64,000 bases of DNA from an uncultured Chloroflexia bacterium (GCA_963765765.1 CAVXYC010000018.1:32001-96000), one strand, 5' to 3'; shown: positions 1 through 11,489, counted from the first letter of the stretch. Made by a program: numbers and translations. The notes: a model not told the origin generated them from the letters alone.

Positions 1-75
1 CTGGAGCAAGCCGTCGAAGCGCTAAATGCCGTGCATCGCGGGGAATCAATGGGGAAGGTCATTCTCACCGTTTAG
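1..75 (+). CDS. 3' end of a probable zinc-binding/medium-chain dehydrogenase (partial)
   Basis: Frame 1 reads LEQAVEALNAVHRGESMGKVILTV*; GKVIL is the typical MDR-family C-terminus. Confidence 0.6.
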   Translation: MEQAVEALNAVHRGESMGKVILTV

Positions 76-167
76 CTCAGGGGTGCGATCCGCGAGGATG
101 TGGCATGTATCTCTCGTCAACCCGGGCTCATCGACGATGATTCCGGTGAGCAATCGCATCAGCCGCG

Positions 168-1289
168 ATGGATTCTTCGATAGAATCCCACGACTGGATG
201 GCGCGGAGGTGCCGTAACACGTCCAACGCTGAGGGGCGCGAAGTAGAAATTGAGACGGAAGGCGCTCAGATCGAGGCGCCACTCAGTCGTGAGGCCGTTC
301 GACGCCTCGAGGCCGCCGCGCGGCTCCTGGAGCCGGCGATCCGGGCCACGGAGCTAGCCGGAGTAGATGCTGTCCCTCTCCAGGAAACCCTCACGGAAAT
401 CGTGGAGCGACACCGCGGTGCCGCTAGCTCCCCCCTTCCGCCCGCTGCCCGCCGGGGCAAACCCGCCGCGCAGCGGCAATGGTCTTCAGATGTCCCTCGA
501 CCGCAATACGGCCTTTTTGTCGATGAGTCGGGCGGTAGGCGCTTAACCATCGGTAAGGACGGGGCTTACTTTGCCGTCGGCGGACTCCTCGTTTCGGAGT
601 GGGAGTACCCCGATCTCGAGGCCGACTGGTTGGAATGGAAGCGCGAATGGATCGGCCGTGAGGACGCCAGCATGCACTCAGCTTCACTCAGTCGTCGGAG
701 CATCCGGCACTACGCGATCCACGGCGAGCCGGAAGAAGCGTTGGCCTCGCTTGAGTCATTGATGTTGAGGATGCCGGCGACGCTCTTCATCGTTGCGCTG
801 GACAAGCGAACCTTTGGCACAGTCTATCAAGACGTCGTCACAGAGGAGTTCCTGCCGGACTATCACTACGCGTTATGCGTGGATCTTCTACTCGAGCGCG
901 TCGTGCACTGTCTTCTGGCCCGAGATGATGCCCACGCGCAGGTCATCGCCGAATCGCGGAATCGGCTGGAAAACGCCAAGGTCCAGCTCGAGTATCAACG
1001 CCTGCAGATCGAGGGGACTGCTCTCCACGCCGACACCTGGTTCCGATACCAGCTTGCGCCCCATATCCGCTTCCGCGACAAGACAGATAACGTCGCCGGA
1101 TTGCAAATCGCCGACATACTCCTGCGCGCCGTCATGGAAAAGCTCAACGACCCGGACAGCTCACCTCTCCGCTGGCCTGTCGCCGAGCGCATGTTCTACC
1201 GCGACGTTCACGGCAACGCCGGAGATTGGGGACTCACCATTTTTCCGGACGATTCTGAAGGTCTCGCCAGAGTCCTGGCTACCAGCTGA
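168..1289 (+). CDS. DUF3800 domain-containing protein with N-terminal extension
   Basis: LFVDESG motif, FAVGG strand and C-terminal GLQIADIL motif; start codon uncertain. Confidence 0.8.
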   Translation: MDSSIESHDWMARRCRNTSNAEGREVEIETEGAQIEAPLSREAVRRLEAAARLLEPAIRATELAGVDAVPLQETLTEIVERHRGAASSPLPPAARRGKPAAQRQWSSDVPRPQYGLFVDESGGRRLTIGKDGAYFAVGGLLVSEWEYPDLEADWLEWKREWIGREDASMHSASLSRRSIRHYAIHGEPEEALASLESLMLRMPATLFIVALDKRTFGTVYQDVVTEEFLPDYHYALCVDLLLERVVHCLLARDDAHAQVIAESRNRLENAKVQLEYQRLQIEGTALHADTWFRYQLAPHIRFRDKTDNVAGLQIADILLRAVMEKLNDPDSSPLRWPVAERMFYRDVHGNAGDWGLTIFPDDSEGLARVLATS

Positions 1290-1291
1290 CC

Positions 1292-1654
1292 TTAGCCAGG
1301 CTCCTCGTCTTCGATTCCTTCGGTATTAATGATTGCTTCGAGCTGCGGCACCAGCTCCAACAGCTCGACCGATACGATCTGCCAGAGCACGTCGTTATCC
1401 ACGCTGAAGTAGCCGTGAATCAACTGATCTCGCGTCCCCGCAATTGCACGCCACGGGACAGCGGGGTATCGATCACCGAGCGACCTCGGCACATGCTTGG
1501 CCGCTTCACCAATGATCTCCACTGCCCTGGCAAGTGCGAGTGCGAGCATGGCGTCTTCATCAACATCATCGCGCGTACGCCCCTGAGCCAGCTCGATTGC
1601 TAGCCGAGCACTCTCAAGCATATCGAGTACGCGAGTTAGCCGATCACGCGGCAT
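1292..1654 (-). CDS. hepT: HEPN/DUF86 ribonuclease toxin (HepT-like)
   Basis: EIIGEAA, VPW and RDQLIHGY (RX4HXY) motifs; overlaps the upstream MNT gene. Confidence 0.9.
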   Translation of the reverse strand: MPRDRLTRVLDMLESARLAIELAQGRTRDDVDEDAMLALALARAVEIIGEAAKHVPRSLGDRYPAVPWRAIAGTRDQLIHGYFSVDNDVLWQIVSVELLELVPQLEAIINTEGIEDEEPG

Positions 1655-1955
1655 AAAGCGGCTGAGACTCTCGAAGCACTCGCTCCCGATATCGCTGATG
1701 CAGCGATTGAGGAGTGTTCAAGTCAACCGCTCTGCCGAAGAGCTCCGAAAGCTCGTCCGCAATAGTTGCGTATCCGAATCCCGGAACGTGCCCTTCCTCG
1801 AATTCCACGAGAATGTCCACATCGCTCTCGGGGCGAAACTCATCCGTTAGCGCAGAGCCAAAAACCGAGAGCCGATGGATGTGATGGCGTCGGCAGATGT
1901 CTTCGAGCTCATCGGCAGGCGGAAGCAGCATTTCCTCGTTGATCATGATGATCAA
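1644..1955 (-). CDS. mntA: Minimal nucleotidyltransferase antitoxin (MntA-like)
   Basis: FGS-x10-DVD motif ([21 protein letters not shown]), about 100 aa, directly upstream of the HEPN gene. Confidence 0.9.
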   Translation of the reverse strand: MIIMINEEMLLPPADELEDICRRHHIHRLSVFGSALTDEFRPESDVDILVEFEEGHVPGFGYATIADELSELFGRAVDLNTPQSLHQRYRERVLRESQPLYAA

Positions 1956-2038
1956 TGATAGTCCGAATTGGCAATGGCCTTGATTCGCGGTGAGTGCGGC
2001 GAGTCGCTCTAACCATCGGATCGAAAAACGTCACCAAT

Positions 2039-3277
2039 CTATCTAAGCGGCAGCGTGAAATGAAACGCCGCCCCTCCCGCCGCCGAGCGGTCTGCCCAGA
2101 TACGACCTCCGTGTGCCTGGACCAGCGCACGCGCGATAGCCAAACCAAGTCCTGCACCCGCGGCCTGACTGCCTGACTGGACCGCGCGGGACCGGGCAGT
2201 CTCGCCGCGATAGAACTGATCGAAGACGCGCTCCATCTCGGTAGGCGACAACCCGGGTCCGCTGTCGATCACCGAAACGAGGGCCGCATCACCGTCGACT
2301 TGGGTCTGAACGCGGATGGTACCTCCTGGCGGTGTATAGCGCAGAGCATTGTCCACAAGGTTGCGGAGGACCCGTTGGAGGCGCGCGGCATCAGCGTTGA
2401 TTGGTGGGATGCCGGGAGCTTCATCCAGCTCCAGCGCCACTCCTTGCTCAGCGGCTTGAGCATGGTACGCGTCAAGCGTCTGCTCTACCAGAACCGGAAG
2501 CTGTGTCGGCGCGCACTGTAGCTCCAGGGCACCGCTTTCGATCTGGCTCAACCAGAAGAGATCATCAATCAGGCGGCTCAAATGCTGTGTCTCCGCCCGG
2601 ATCAGATGAAGATATCGATCGACCTCCCCTGGTTCGGTGACCACTCGGTCGGTCAGTGCTTCCACCATGGCGCGCGTCGTGGCCAACGGCGTGCGCAAGT
2701 CATGCGAGACCGTGACGATGAGGTTGCGGCGACTGGACTCGAGATCCCGCTCACGGTTAAACGCCATTTGAAGTTGACCGGCCATGTGGTCGAACGTGGC
2801 GCCAAGCCGTGCGATCTCATCGCGGCCGCGTAGGCCAACGCGGGCATCGAGATCGCCCGCTGCCAAGCGCCCGGCGGCACGAGCAAGCCCACCGAGCTCG
2901 GACGTGAGGCCGGACGCCACACTGTGTCCAAAGGCCAGTGAAATAGCCGCCGAAAACAAGAGAAGGCAGATAAGCAGCGAAAGATCGTGATCGTTCAAGA
3001 ACATCAGCAGCGATGTGGCCAGGATGTTGATGAGGGCTACGACCAGGCCGATCACGTAGGCCATCATCAGCCGAACGCGCAACCCACCGATCCATCCCTG
3101 AGCCCAACGCATGAGTAGCGCCCCAAGAACGAGCGAGCCGGCGCCGGAAGCAGATAAGAAATAGCCGAGCTGCTCTACATCCGCCGCTGGCGCGCCCATG
3201 ACAATCTGGACGTAGGTCACCGCGCCGACGACGGCCAGAACGAGGACGGCGCCAACGAGGAATGATCGGTCTTTCAC
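2039..3277 (-). CDS. HAMP-domain sensor histidine kinase
   Basis: N-terminal TM helices, HAMP (DEIARLG), H-box SHDLRTPL, N-box NLVDNA, DSGPG, GAGLGL. Confidence 0.95.
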   Translation of the reverse strand: MKDRSFLVGAVLVLAVVGAVTYVQIVMGAPAADVEQLGYFLSASGAGSLVLGALLMRWAQGWIGGLRVRLMMAYVIGLVVALINILATSLLMFLNDHDLSLLICLLLFSAAISLAFGHSVASGLTSELGGLARAAGRLAAGDLDARVGLRGRDEIARLGATFDHMAGQLQMAFNRERDLESSRRNLIVTVSHDLRTPLATTRAMVEALTDRVVTEPGEVDRYLHLIRAETQHLSRLIDDLFWLSQIESGALELQCAPTQLPVLVEQTLDAYHAQAAEQGVALELDEAPGIPPINADAARLQRVLRNLVDNALRYTPPGGTIRVQTQVDGDAALVSVIDSGPGLSPTEMERVFDQFYRGETARSRAVQSGSQAAGAGLGLAIARALVQAHGGRIWADRSAAGGAAFHFTLPLR

Positions 3278-4002
3278 GAACGGACGGATGGATCGAACTT
3301 GTATCCCTGCCCCCAGACAGTTTTGATGTGCGACGGACGATCGGGATCCGGCTCGATTTTCTCGCGCAAGCGACGAATGTGCACGGTCACGGTACTCGGA
3401 TCACCCTGGAACGATGGATCCCAGACCGTGTCGAGCAAATCATCGCGTGAGAACACTTCGCTGGGATGCTCCATCAGGTGGTGCAGGAGATCAAATTCAA
3501 GAGGCGTGAGCGTGATCGACGCGCCATTGGCTTCACAGCTTCGTTGCCGTGGATCGAGCGTCACCTCGCCACCACGAAGCCGACCATCCGGTCGCGGTGG
3601 TCGTATATCCAATTGGACTCGTCGGAGGTGCGCCTTGACGCGTGCAACGAGCTCACCCGGACTGAACGGCTTCACTACATAGTCATCTGCACCGATGGAC
3701 AACCCGCCAATACGGTCATGCTCGTCCCCACGCGCAGTAAGGAGAATGATCGGCATCGTGACGCGGGCATCGGTCCGAAGGCGCCGACAGACTTCTACGC
3801 CATCGATACCCGGAAGCATGACATCCAGCACCACGAGATTTGGTGGCGTGTCTTCGTCGGTGGCCCGATCAAGAGCTTCCTGCCCGGTTGTGGCGGTGAC
3901 CACGCGATACCCCTCGCGCAGAAGGTAGCGCTGAACGACCTCAACGACCATAGGCTCGTCGTCCACCACAAGAATCGTGGGCTTGGAATCTAGTGTGGGC
4001 AT
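3274..4002 (-). CDS. OmpR-family response regulator
   Basis: VVDDE, LDVMLP, GADDYVVKPF, TVHIRRLREKIE winged helix; 4-nt overlap with the kinase. Confidence 0.97.
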   Translation of the reverse strand: MPTLDSKPTILVVDDEPMVVEVVQRYLLREGYRVVTATTGQEALDRATDEDTPPNLVVLDVMLPGIDGVEVCRRLRTDARVTMPIILLTARGDEHDRIGGLSIGADDYVVKPFSPGELVARVKAHLRRVQLDIRPPRPDGRLRGGEVTLDPRQRSCEANGASITLTPLEFDLLHHLMEHPSEVFSRDDLLDTVWDPSFQGDPSTVTVHIRRLREKIEPDPDRPSHIKTVWGQGYKFDPSVRS

Positions 4003-4093
4003 GATGTGAGGATACGGCCCTCGGCGACGGGGTCGGTTACATTACTTACGGGATCTGCGAAGGATATTCGCGGCGATATCCCGCAGACCACGA

Positions 4094-5413
4094 CTACCTA
4101 ATACGCGAATACGGCTTATACAACACGGCCACCGCCAAGACACTCAGCGCAACGATGACTCCAGAGACGGCTACCGTCGTCTGAACGCCCACATGGTCGG
4201 CAATCCATGAAGCTGGAAATGTACCCAGCGGCATCGCGGCGAATGTCAGCATGTAGACACTCATCACTCGACCGTAAAGCCGCGGCTCAGTATTGCCCAT
4301 GATCAACGTATTGTTGAGCGCCTGATACGCGGCCGAGGTGAATCCCACCACCGCCAGCAGAACCAATGCAACCAGGTATGTCGGCGCAAGTGCGAACCCA
4401 GTCAGCGACACGCCAAATCCCACACCGAGACAAAGTTGGATCGCCGCCGGCCGTGAGTGCCCAGAAATCGTTGCCACACCAATCGCACCAAAAAGCGCGC
4501 CCACGCCCACGGCGGCCATCATGGATCCCAGCCCCGTGGCGCCAACGCCATAGACTTGATCAGCAAAGACGGGCATGAGTGCCTGAAACGGCATTCCTAC
4601 GATCACCGGAATCAGCGCCAGGCCGAGAAGCGCCATTAAAACGGGCGATGCGCGCACATATCGCAGACCATCCAAAAGCTCTTCCCAACCACCCTTGCGC
4701 GCACCCGAGGTAGACGGTACCGCGTTCGTCGAAGACGGCAACCGAAAGAGTGACGCTGTCACGATGCCGTAGAGAACCGTCATCGTCGCGAACACTCCGC
4801 CCACACCCACGGCTGGCATAGCCAACAGCGCCCCCGCTAAAGCCGGGCCCGCTATCCGGTTGAAATTCATCCCGGCGTTATTTAGAGCGACGGCGTTTCG
4901 GAGAAGCTTTGGGCCGACCAGATCACCAATGAGCGCCTGCCGCGAGGGCATATTGAAGGCAAATGCGCAGCCCTGGACGAACGCGGTGACCACCAGGTGC
5001 CACACCTGGAGCGAGCCTGTGAGAGCGAGAATCGCCAGGACCAACGCAACCATGGCGAGAGTGGACTGGGTGCCCAGCAGCACGGCCCGACGCGACATCC
5101 GATCCGCCGCAACCCCACCAACTAACCCCAGGGTCAACTGCGGAAGCCCACTGGCCAGGCTCACCACTCCCAGCGCCGCGGCTGAGCCGGTGAGTCCGAA
5201 CGCTGCGTACCCAACAGCAACCTGGCTCATCTGGAAGGCGATGTTGGCGGGTAACATGCCCAGCCAGAGAAGCCGAAACGAGGGCACGCGCAAGGACGGA
5301 TAGAGGTCCAGGAGGCGAGAGAGCCAGCGGGACTGGCTGGAGGTACGGGCCTCTCCTTGCTGCTTTGCGGACTCGGCGGAAGGAGGCGTAACCGAAGTCT
5401 CAAAAACAGTCAT
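4094..5413 (-). CDS. MFS transporter
   Basis: About 12 hydrophobic segments; GGVAADRMSRR motif A. Confidence 0.93.
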   Translation of the reverse strand: MTVFETSVTPPSAESAKQQGEARTSSQSRWLSRLLDLYPSLRVPSFRLLWLGMLPANIAFQMSQVAVGYAAFGLTGSAAALGVVSLASGLPQLTLGLVGGVAADRMSRRAVLLGTQSTLAMVALVLAILALTGSLQVWHLVVTAFVQGCAFAFNMPSRQALIGDLVGPKLLRNAVALNNAGMNFNRIAGPALAGALLAMPAVGVGGVFATMTVLYGIVTASLFRLPSSTNAVPSTSGARKGGWEELLDGLRYVRASPVLMALLGLALIPVIVGMPFQALMPVFADQVYGVGATGLGSMMAAVGVGALFGAIGVATISGHSRPAAIQLCLGVGFGVSLTGFALAPTYLVALVLLAVVGFTSAAYQALNNTLIMGNTEPRLYGRVMSVYMLTFAAMPLGTFPASWIADHVGVQTTVAVSGVIVALSVLAVAVLYKPYSRIR

Positions 5414-5680
5414 TCGGTTCGCTTCGGCTCCTTCGGCCCTGGATGCTCACCACCCTTTCGCAGGCATAAGACACCTGGATGCGTGGACTCTACGGGGGCT
5501 CTGCTCGCATTCTACTCTCCCGGCGAATGACCGGAATCTGTCGTGACCCGACAATCGAATGTGTACATAATCACCGCTCGTGTGTATCTACTCGTCAATA
5601 GATTCTAGATGCGACCGTAGATTCGCAAGTCAGCTGACTGTTCCCAAATCTCGACGATGAATGCCGCGAAGCGCCCGACG

Positions 5681-7377
5681 TTAGACCGTTTTCACGTCGA
5701 TTTGATGCCGACCGGAGCCACCATCTGGCTGGGGAAGCTTGAACTCCTCCGTTTGCACCTCACCGTTGCCATCAGTGGCTCGGACAACGAGCGGGATGGT
5801 GGAACCTGCCCGGAAGATCAATTACAAGCTCCCAACGCACCCAGGCGTCCTTCCCAGCCGCCAGCTCAAGGAAACTTGCCGGGAGCCAGGTCTTCCCCTC
5901 GTCGGAGCTGAGCTCGACTGTGCGAATACCACGGTCGCCAGCGTAGGCCACGCCCGCGATTCGTTGCGGCCCCGCGGCAAGGCTAGCGCCGCCCGCTGGT
6001 ACGTCTATCCGTGCCATTGTCTTGACGATGCCATCCTTATTCCAATTGCGCTGCTCGTACCAGCCGAGAAACTCCTCGCGGACTGGACGGATCACCGCGA
6101 GCCACTTAGGGCTCTTCATACCGTAACGCCCGGGCACCAGCAGCCGCGCGGGGTACCCATGCTCCCGAGGAAGAACATCACCGTTCATCTCGTAGACCAC
6201 GATGGTATCGGGATCCTTGATGATCTCCAGCGGCAGGCCTGACGAGAACTCATCGACGGAGACCACCGAAAGGTATGCCGCGGAGGACTTGAGTCCACCC
6301 GCCAGATCGATGATGTCGCTGAGACGAACGCCCTTCCAGCGAGCCGTGCTGATCAAATCGCAGCCGAACGACGTCAACTCGCACATCGCGGTGAAGTTTG
6401 AGATGCATTCGATGGTCTTGGCGGTCTCCACCGAGGGAAGCTGCCGCAGGGTGCGGTAGTCGATCTGGACTGGTCGCTGGACCTCACCGTCGACGATGAG
6501 CCGCCAGCTCTCCGGGTCTACGACTGGATCAGCGACGGCATTCTTTGTCACAACGTAGAACTGCTCGTTCGTCGTGATTGGCTCTGGGAGAGTGCCCTTA
6601 GGCCGTTGGGCGGCCGTTAGCGCTCCGTCCTTATCCCGCTCGAGCTTACGCGCGGGCGCCGGCACGGGCAGCGGCTCTAGAGTCGGCACGGTGGTAGGCG
6701 CGATCGCCGGAGCAGCCGCGATTGTGGTGGCATCCGTGGCCGGTACAGGTTGTTGAGTGGGCGGGGACGCTACCTGTGCCAGAGGCAGCTCACTCGTGAT
6801 GCTTCCTCCCGAGCGTCCAAGCCAGAGAGCGCCAAGCCAAGCGCCCACGGCCCCCATCGCGGCGATACCGAGCTCTCGGCGTGAGCTAGAGTATCCGGCG
6901 ACGCGCACTGAGTCGATCGACTGCCAGACCGAGACGCCTAAGAGAAGCACCACCGCATAGATGAGGAAGACCGAGAGGTACGCCGCACTAACCAGCAGCG
7001 GCGATTGAAAGAGAGCCGTGCCAAAAACGCCCCCGCCTGTGATCGGAATGATCACGACCATGGCCAGAAGCCAGAGCGCCACGGAAACGCCAAGAATCAC
7101 GCCGCCCGAGGCGCGCTGACGCAGAAGCACATAGCCTATGAGCGCAAGCGAGATGGCCATGCCCAGCACGTTCCCGACGAGCGCGAGCTCCTTCGCGTCT
7201 CGGGCCGAATTGCTGGATTCCACGCTCGAAAAGATCGAGCGGAATGAACAGAAGCGACCATTCCATCACTCGCTCGGGGAGCGATCGAATTTGCCACATG
7301 GCGCGTGCCAGGGACTGAACCCACATTGCGGCGCCGGCGGCGATGAGACTGACGATTGCGGCGAATATGCGTGACAT
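5681..7377 (-). CDS. Membrane-anchored molybdopterin oxidoreductase (sulfite oxidase family), with two apparent frameshifts
   Basis: TIECISN (Mo-ligand Cys), WKGVRL, HGYPARLLVPGRYGMKSPKW. The N-terminus MSRIFAA (ATG 7377) and the C-terminus VVRATDGNGEVQ...PDGGSG (stop 5681) lie in other frames, with shifts near 7200 and 5810. Confidence 0.88.
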
Positions 7378-7470
7378 GGTGCTTTCCGCGACTATCGTCT
7401 CACAGGCTTGGCGCGCGCGTCTTACACATATAACCCAAAGTGAGCGCCGGCAATGGATCAACTGCCATGA

Positions 7471-7507
7471 ATCCGTAGCGGCGGGCATCTTGCCCGCCGC
7501 TACGGAT
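7471..7507. repeat. Perfect GTAG-type palindrome (REP-like or terminator)
   Basis: atccgtagcggcgggca-tct-tgcccgccgctacggat, just downstream of the Rieske gene. Confidence 0.7.
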
Positions 7508-7532
7508 GTGGAACGACTGTAAGTAGCTCGGT

Positions 7533-8732
7533 CTAGACCTCGGAGCCCGTAAGCTCCTTCAGGTTCGCGCCGATGAGATCGCGTCGAGCTTCGAAACCTT
7601 GCAGCGCCCGGCCCTCGCGCGGAATGTCGATCCACGGCGCGTTCCTGGACGGATCGCGGAGGACACCGAGCGGGTCTTCGCCGCGGGCGACTTTCTCCAT
7701 CTCGCGCATGAGCAAGCTGCGATAAAGGATGACGCCCTTGTCAGAATTACCGAGCCGCTCAGTCGTGCGATCGGATATCTCGCCCTGCGTGATCCACGCC
7801 ATCATATCCTGGCCCTGCACCGTCTCTACCACAATCTTTCCGTTGGGGTGCACGTGCGGGTAGTCGTAAATTGGCACTGAATTCTGCTTGGGCGCACCCG
7901 GCTGGCGAGGTACCGCGCGATACCAGAAATGCAGGGTGGAAGTGTCGTCTCGGGGCACACGAATCTGGAAGCTCGGCCGTGTGCTGTCCCCTACGGCGAG
8001 AATCGATGGGAATATCACCGGATGGCCCACTGTCCAGTCATCGGAGTCCTCGGTGTCGCCCTCGAGCAGCCGTCGCTTGGAGATACCAAACTCGAACTCG
8101 TCGAAGGCGATTCGCAGGTGCTTCTTGGCGGTCATCGTCTCCGGTTTGCCGTTTCGCCGCTGTACGTAGTTGCCGTAGACGGCGTGGAGCCACTCGAAAT
8201 GGATCGGGTCCATCGAGTTCTCCATTGGCTGGAGCCAGTTGCACGGGATCTGACTGATGCCGATTTTCCGCTCATACTCGTCGCTGACGAGTATGTCCCA
8301 GCGCGGAAGCAGCGGCACTGGCTCGGGACCGAGGTAAGCCCAAATCAGTCCGCCGAGCTCCTGGACAGGGTAGGCGGGAATGCGCACTCGATGTTTGAAG
8401 GTGCTGTTCTCCGGCTCCGCGGGTTGCTCCAGGCACACGCCCTCATCGGAGAACTTCCAGCCGTGGTACGGGCATCGGAGACCGCCGTCCTCGGGAATGC
8501 CGTAGACCATGCTGGCGCCGCGGTGCGGGCAGCGCTCGGCCATGAGCCCGAGGTCGCCGTTGGGAGAGCGGTACAGCGCCAGGTTCTCACCGAGGATCTT
8601 CACGGCCAGGACCGGCTCCTTGTCCAGCTCGGCGGTCGCCGCAACGGCATGCCAGTATCGCCGTAACAGATTCCCCATCGGCGTCCCGGGACCGACTTGA
8701 GTGAGTCGCTCGTTCGCCTCTCTGGTGAGCAT
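7533..8732 (-). CDS. Rieske non-heme iron oxygenase alpha subunit (phthalate 4,5-dioxygenase-like)
   Basis: CPHRGA...CPYHGW Rieske motif; ENSMDPIHFEWLH mononuclear Fe site; QVGPGTPMG N-terminus. Confidence 0.95.
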   Translation of the reverse strand: MLTREANERLTQVGPGTPMGNLLRRYWHAVAATAELDKEPVLAVKILGENLALYRSPNGDLGLMAERCPHRGASMVYGIPEDGGLRCPYHGWKFSDEGVCLEQPAEPENSTFKHRVRIPAYPVQELGGLIWAYLGPEPVPLLPRWDILVSDEYERKIGISQIPCNWLQPMENSMDPIHFEWLHAVYGNYVQRRNGKPETMTAKKHLRIAFDEFEFGISKRRLLEGDTEDSDDWTVGHPVIFPSILAVGDSTRPSFQIRVPRDDTSTLHFWYRAVPRQPGAPKQNSVPIYDYPHVHPNGKIVVETVQGQDMMAWITQGEISDRTTERLGNSDKGVILYRSLLMREMEKVARGEDPLGVLRDPSRNAPWIDIPREGRALQGFEARRDLIGANLKELTGSEV

Positions 8733-8913
8733 GGATGTCCTCCCTCCGCAGTTCCGAGACTTACTCTAGCGCCGCCGACGGAGGAGTGCAACAGCACAAT
8801 CGGAAACAGAGCCGCAACTCGTGAGAGCGCGGCTCCTCTCACGACGTTCCGGAGCCCCGGGAGATCGAAGGAGGAGTCGCACCCTTACACGTTGCGGCTC
8901 TGATCTTGGACGG

Positions 8914-10936
8914 TTACACGGCAAGCATCCGCGCCGCGACCAGCTCTCCCCCGTCAAACCCTTCCACGCGTATCAAGTGCGCACCTGGCACTCCCGAGAC
9001 GGTGAACGTTGCCGCGCCGCCAACGACATCAGCGGTGCCACGCGGACGGCTATCCACGTAAAGGTCCACGCGAGCAACATTCGTCGCCTGCACACCGACC
9101 GTCAAGGCTCCTGCCGCATTCATCGTCGCCGTTACCTCGAGCCGCCGCACCGGCATCGCGGCCAGCATCTCACCAGCCCGGTTCAACAGATCGACATTCC
9201 CGTTGATCACGTCGTTCCTGGTCAGCAGATGACGCTTGTCGGGCGTGACCCCGAGATCTTCCACCGGAGTCCCCGCGGATGCCCCGACCCGTAATGTGCG
9301 TCGAATCGACACGCGCATGTTGGCGTTTTTCGGCAATTGTTTGTACGGCGAAGCCGTATCTGCCGGCGCCACCGCTAGTAGAGTCCGCAGTAGCTCGTGC
9401 GTCCAGACGTTCGCTCCGCCGGCCCCGGTATTCTCATGGACACCGAGAATTTTGCCGACCTTGTGGTCCTTGAACCCGGCCGCGAAGATGTCGGTGGCTG
9501 AGTAGCACAGCGCGTTGGTGATCAGGATGACCGGTCCGAAATAGCGCTGGCCGATACCATTGGCTCCGGACGTTGGGGTGATCGAGAACCCACTCGAGAA
9601 CGCTGCGCCGGTCTCGGTAGCCTGCTCCATCGAGGGAAACCAGGGTCCCAGGTCGATCTGACCCGTTGGATCGTCCTTGTGCTTGCGAACGATCCGTAGA
9701 TTTAGCGGCGTGTTGATGAACTGCGTCGGCTCGGGCTCGATACGTCTCGGACAGAGTGTCTGAAGCAGAAACTCGCTCGCGTAGATATGTCCGCCGCCAT
9801 TTCCCCGCACGTCAAGGATCAACCCGTTCTGCGGAAGCAGCTCAACGAGCCGGACGAACTCCGCCACAAACGCATCCGGATCATCGACGCTGAAGGTGAA
9901 GATGCGGATGTGACCGAACGTACCGGACGGGGTCGTGACAGTCCGCGCTCGAAACACGCCAGGCATGGTCGAGGAGATATCGGCACCCTGAAGTGCCTCC
10001 TGGACATCGCCGGTGGCCGCCCTCGCCTCGGCAGCAACAACCTGCGGTGCAAACAGCATCTTCTTCGCGCGACTTGCCTCGTCCAGGTCGATATCGAGGC
10101 CCAACGAAGTGGAAGTCACGCTCACGTCGTTGACGTTGCCGACGAACGACGGCAGATTCTCCGAAACCAGCCACTTCTCTCGCAACTCACGCGCGGTCCC
10201 ATCGGTGCCTACATAGCTCACCGTCACCCACTCTTCGTCCGGCGGGAGGTGCGACCGAAGTGGGCGAATCGTGAGCGACTCCACGCCGCGCGCACGACGG
10301 GCTGCCGCGTTGCTTCCGGCAAACCGGGCCGCGTGAATGTCGACGGCTCGGGCAATCGGGATTCCCGACCAATGCGTGACCTCGGCTCCTGAGCCGAAAC
10401 CCGGCGCTGAGAAGCCCGAGACAACGTGGGTGATCAGGAAGCGAGGCTTCCCCGGCCTGAAAGTACTCCTCCACCAGGAATGGCAGGTACGCCACTTTCC
10501 CGCGGAATGGATCCGGCAACAGGTAGTTGGTGTGCAGATCACGCACGGAGTGGAAGATCTCGGCCATCTCGGCGTGGAACATCCACTCGGGGTCCATTGT
10601 CGCGGTCTTTTGGCGCTCGAGTCTCGTCCGAAGAAGCTGGAGCCGTTGGACCGGATTGACGGCGTACATCGCGGCCTTGAGCGGAAGGTGCACGTAGTTC
10701 TGTTGAAAGAGCACCAGCGCCTGATCTACCAGCAGCTTACGCTCGTTGAATGTCAACGTCCCTGCGGTACGCAGGAAGTCGGGCAACTCCACCGACGCAG
10801 CGAGATGATCTCGAATCGGCGCGGCCACATCCGCCAGAAATGATGCCGCGAGCTTAACCCGTCCTGAACCGGCTGCACGGGATCCATCGCTGGATTTCCG
10901 TCGTGAGGGGCGCCTCGCCCTTGTCTGCGTTGCCAT
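8914..10936 (-). CDS. S41-family peptidase with C-terminal Ig-like segment (one frameshift near 10452)
   Basis: Two overlapping ORFs join: DLHT, LDVRGNGGG, CYSATD (catalytic Ser), TGAGG, VEDLGVTPD; GGAGG RBS before ATG 10936. Confidence 0.85.
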
Positions 10937-11257
10937 GATGACCTCCTGCCCAAGCAAGGTTCCCGGGAAGCGTACTCGTTACGTCAAAGTGGGCAATCAG
11001 CCATTAGGGGGATTTCGACAGCCCATTCCGGCGGGATTGATGCCAGCCTCCTCCCCGAAGTCATCGCGAGTAGGAGCGCCATTCGGGTGGGCTGAAGGGT
11101 CGCGGACCAACTGAGCCGGCGACGGCCGAAGACGATGTCAGAACGCTTCCCCGACGATTCCACCCCGCGGAATTTCGAACATTGCCCTGCTACGGTCAGG
11201 GACCCTTTCGCAAGTGCACCAAGCGGGTACGGATTACGTACCATGGAAGACAGCGTT

Positions 11258-11489
11258 ATGGCTGAACAGCAGTCGATTTTTCATATCAATTACGAGGAGC
11301 GCCCGCCGCCGTTGGTTACGGTCCCAACACCTACCAGCGAATCCACCGTTTCCAGCATGCGCTGTCTATCGCCGAAGTCCAATGAGCCGGTGCACAAATC
11401 TTGCCTGGCTTGCCGGCGAGGCCGGCTACACAGACCAGGCGCACATGGCTCGGGAGACGTCCGACCTCTCGGGTCGGTCGCCCACGTAA
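11258..11489 (+). pseudogene. Internally deleted AraC-family regulator remnant
   Basis: YEERPPP N-terminus fused out of frame to AAVGYGPNTYQRIHRFQHAL and LAGEAGYTDQAHMARE (second AraC HTH). Confidence 0.7.
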
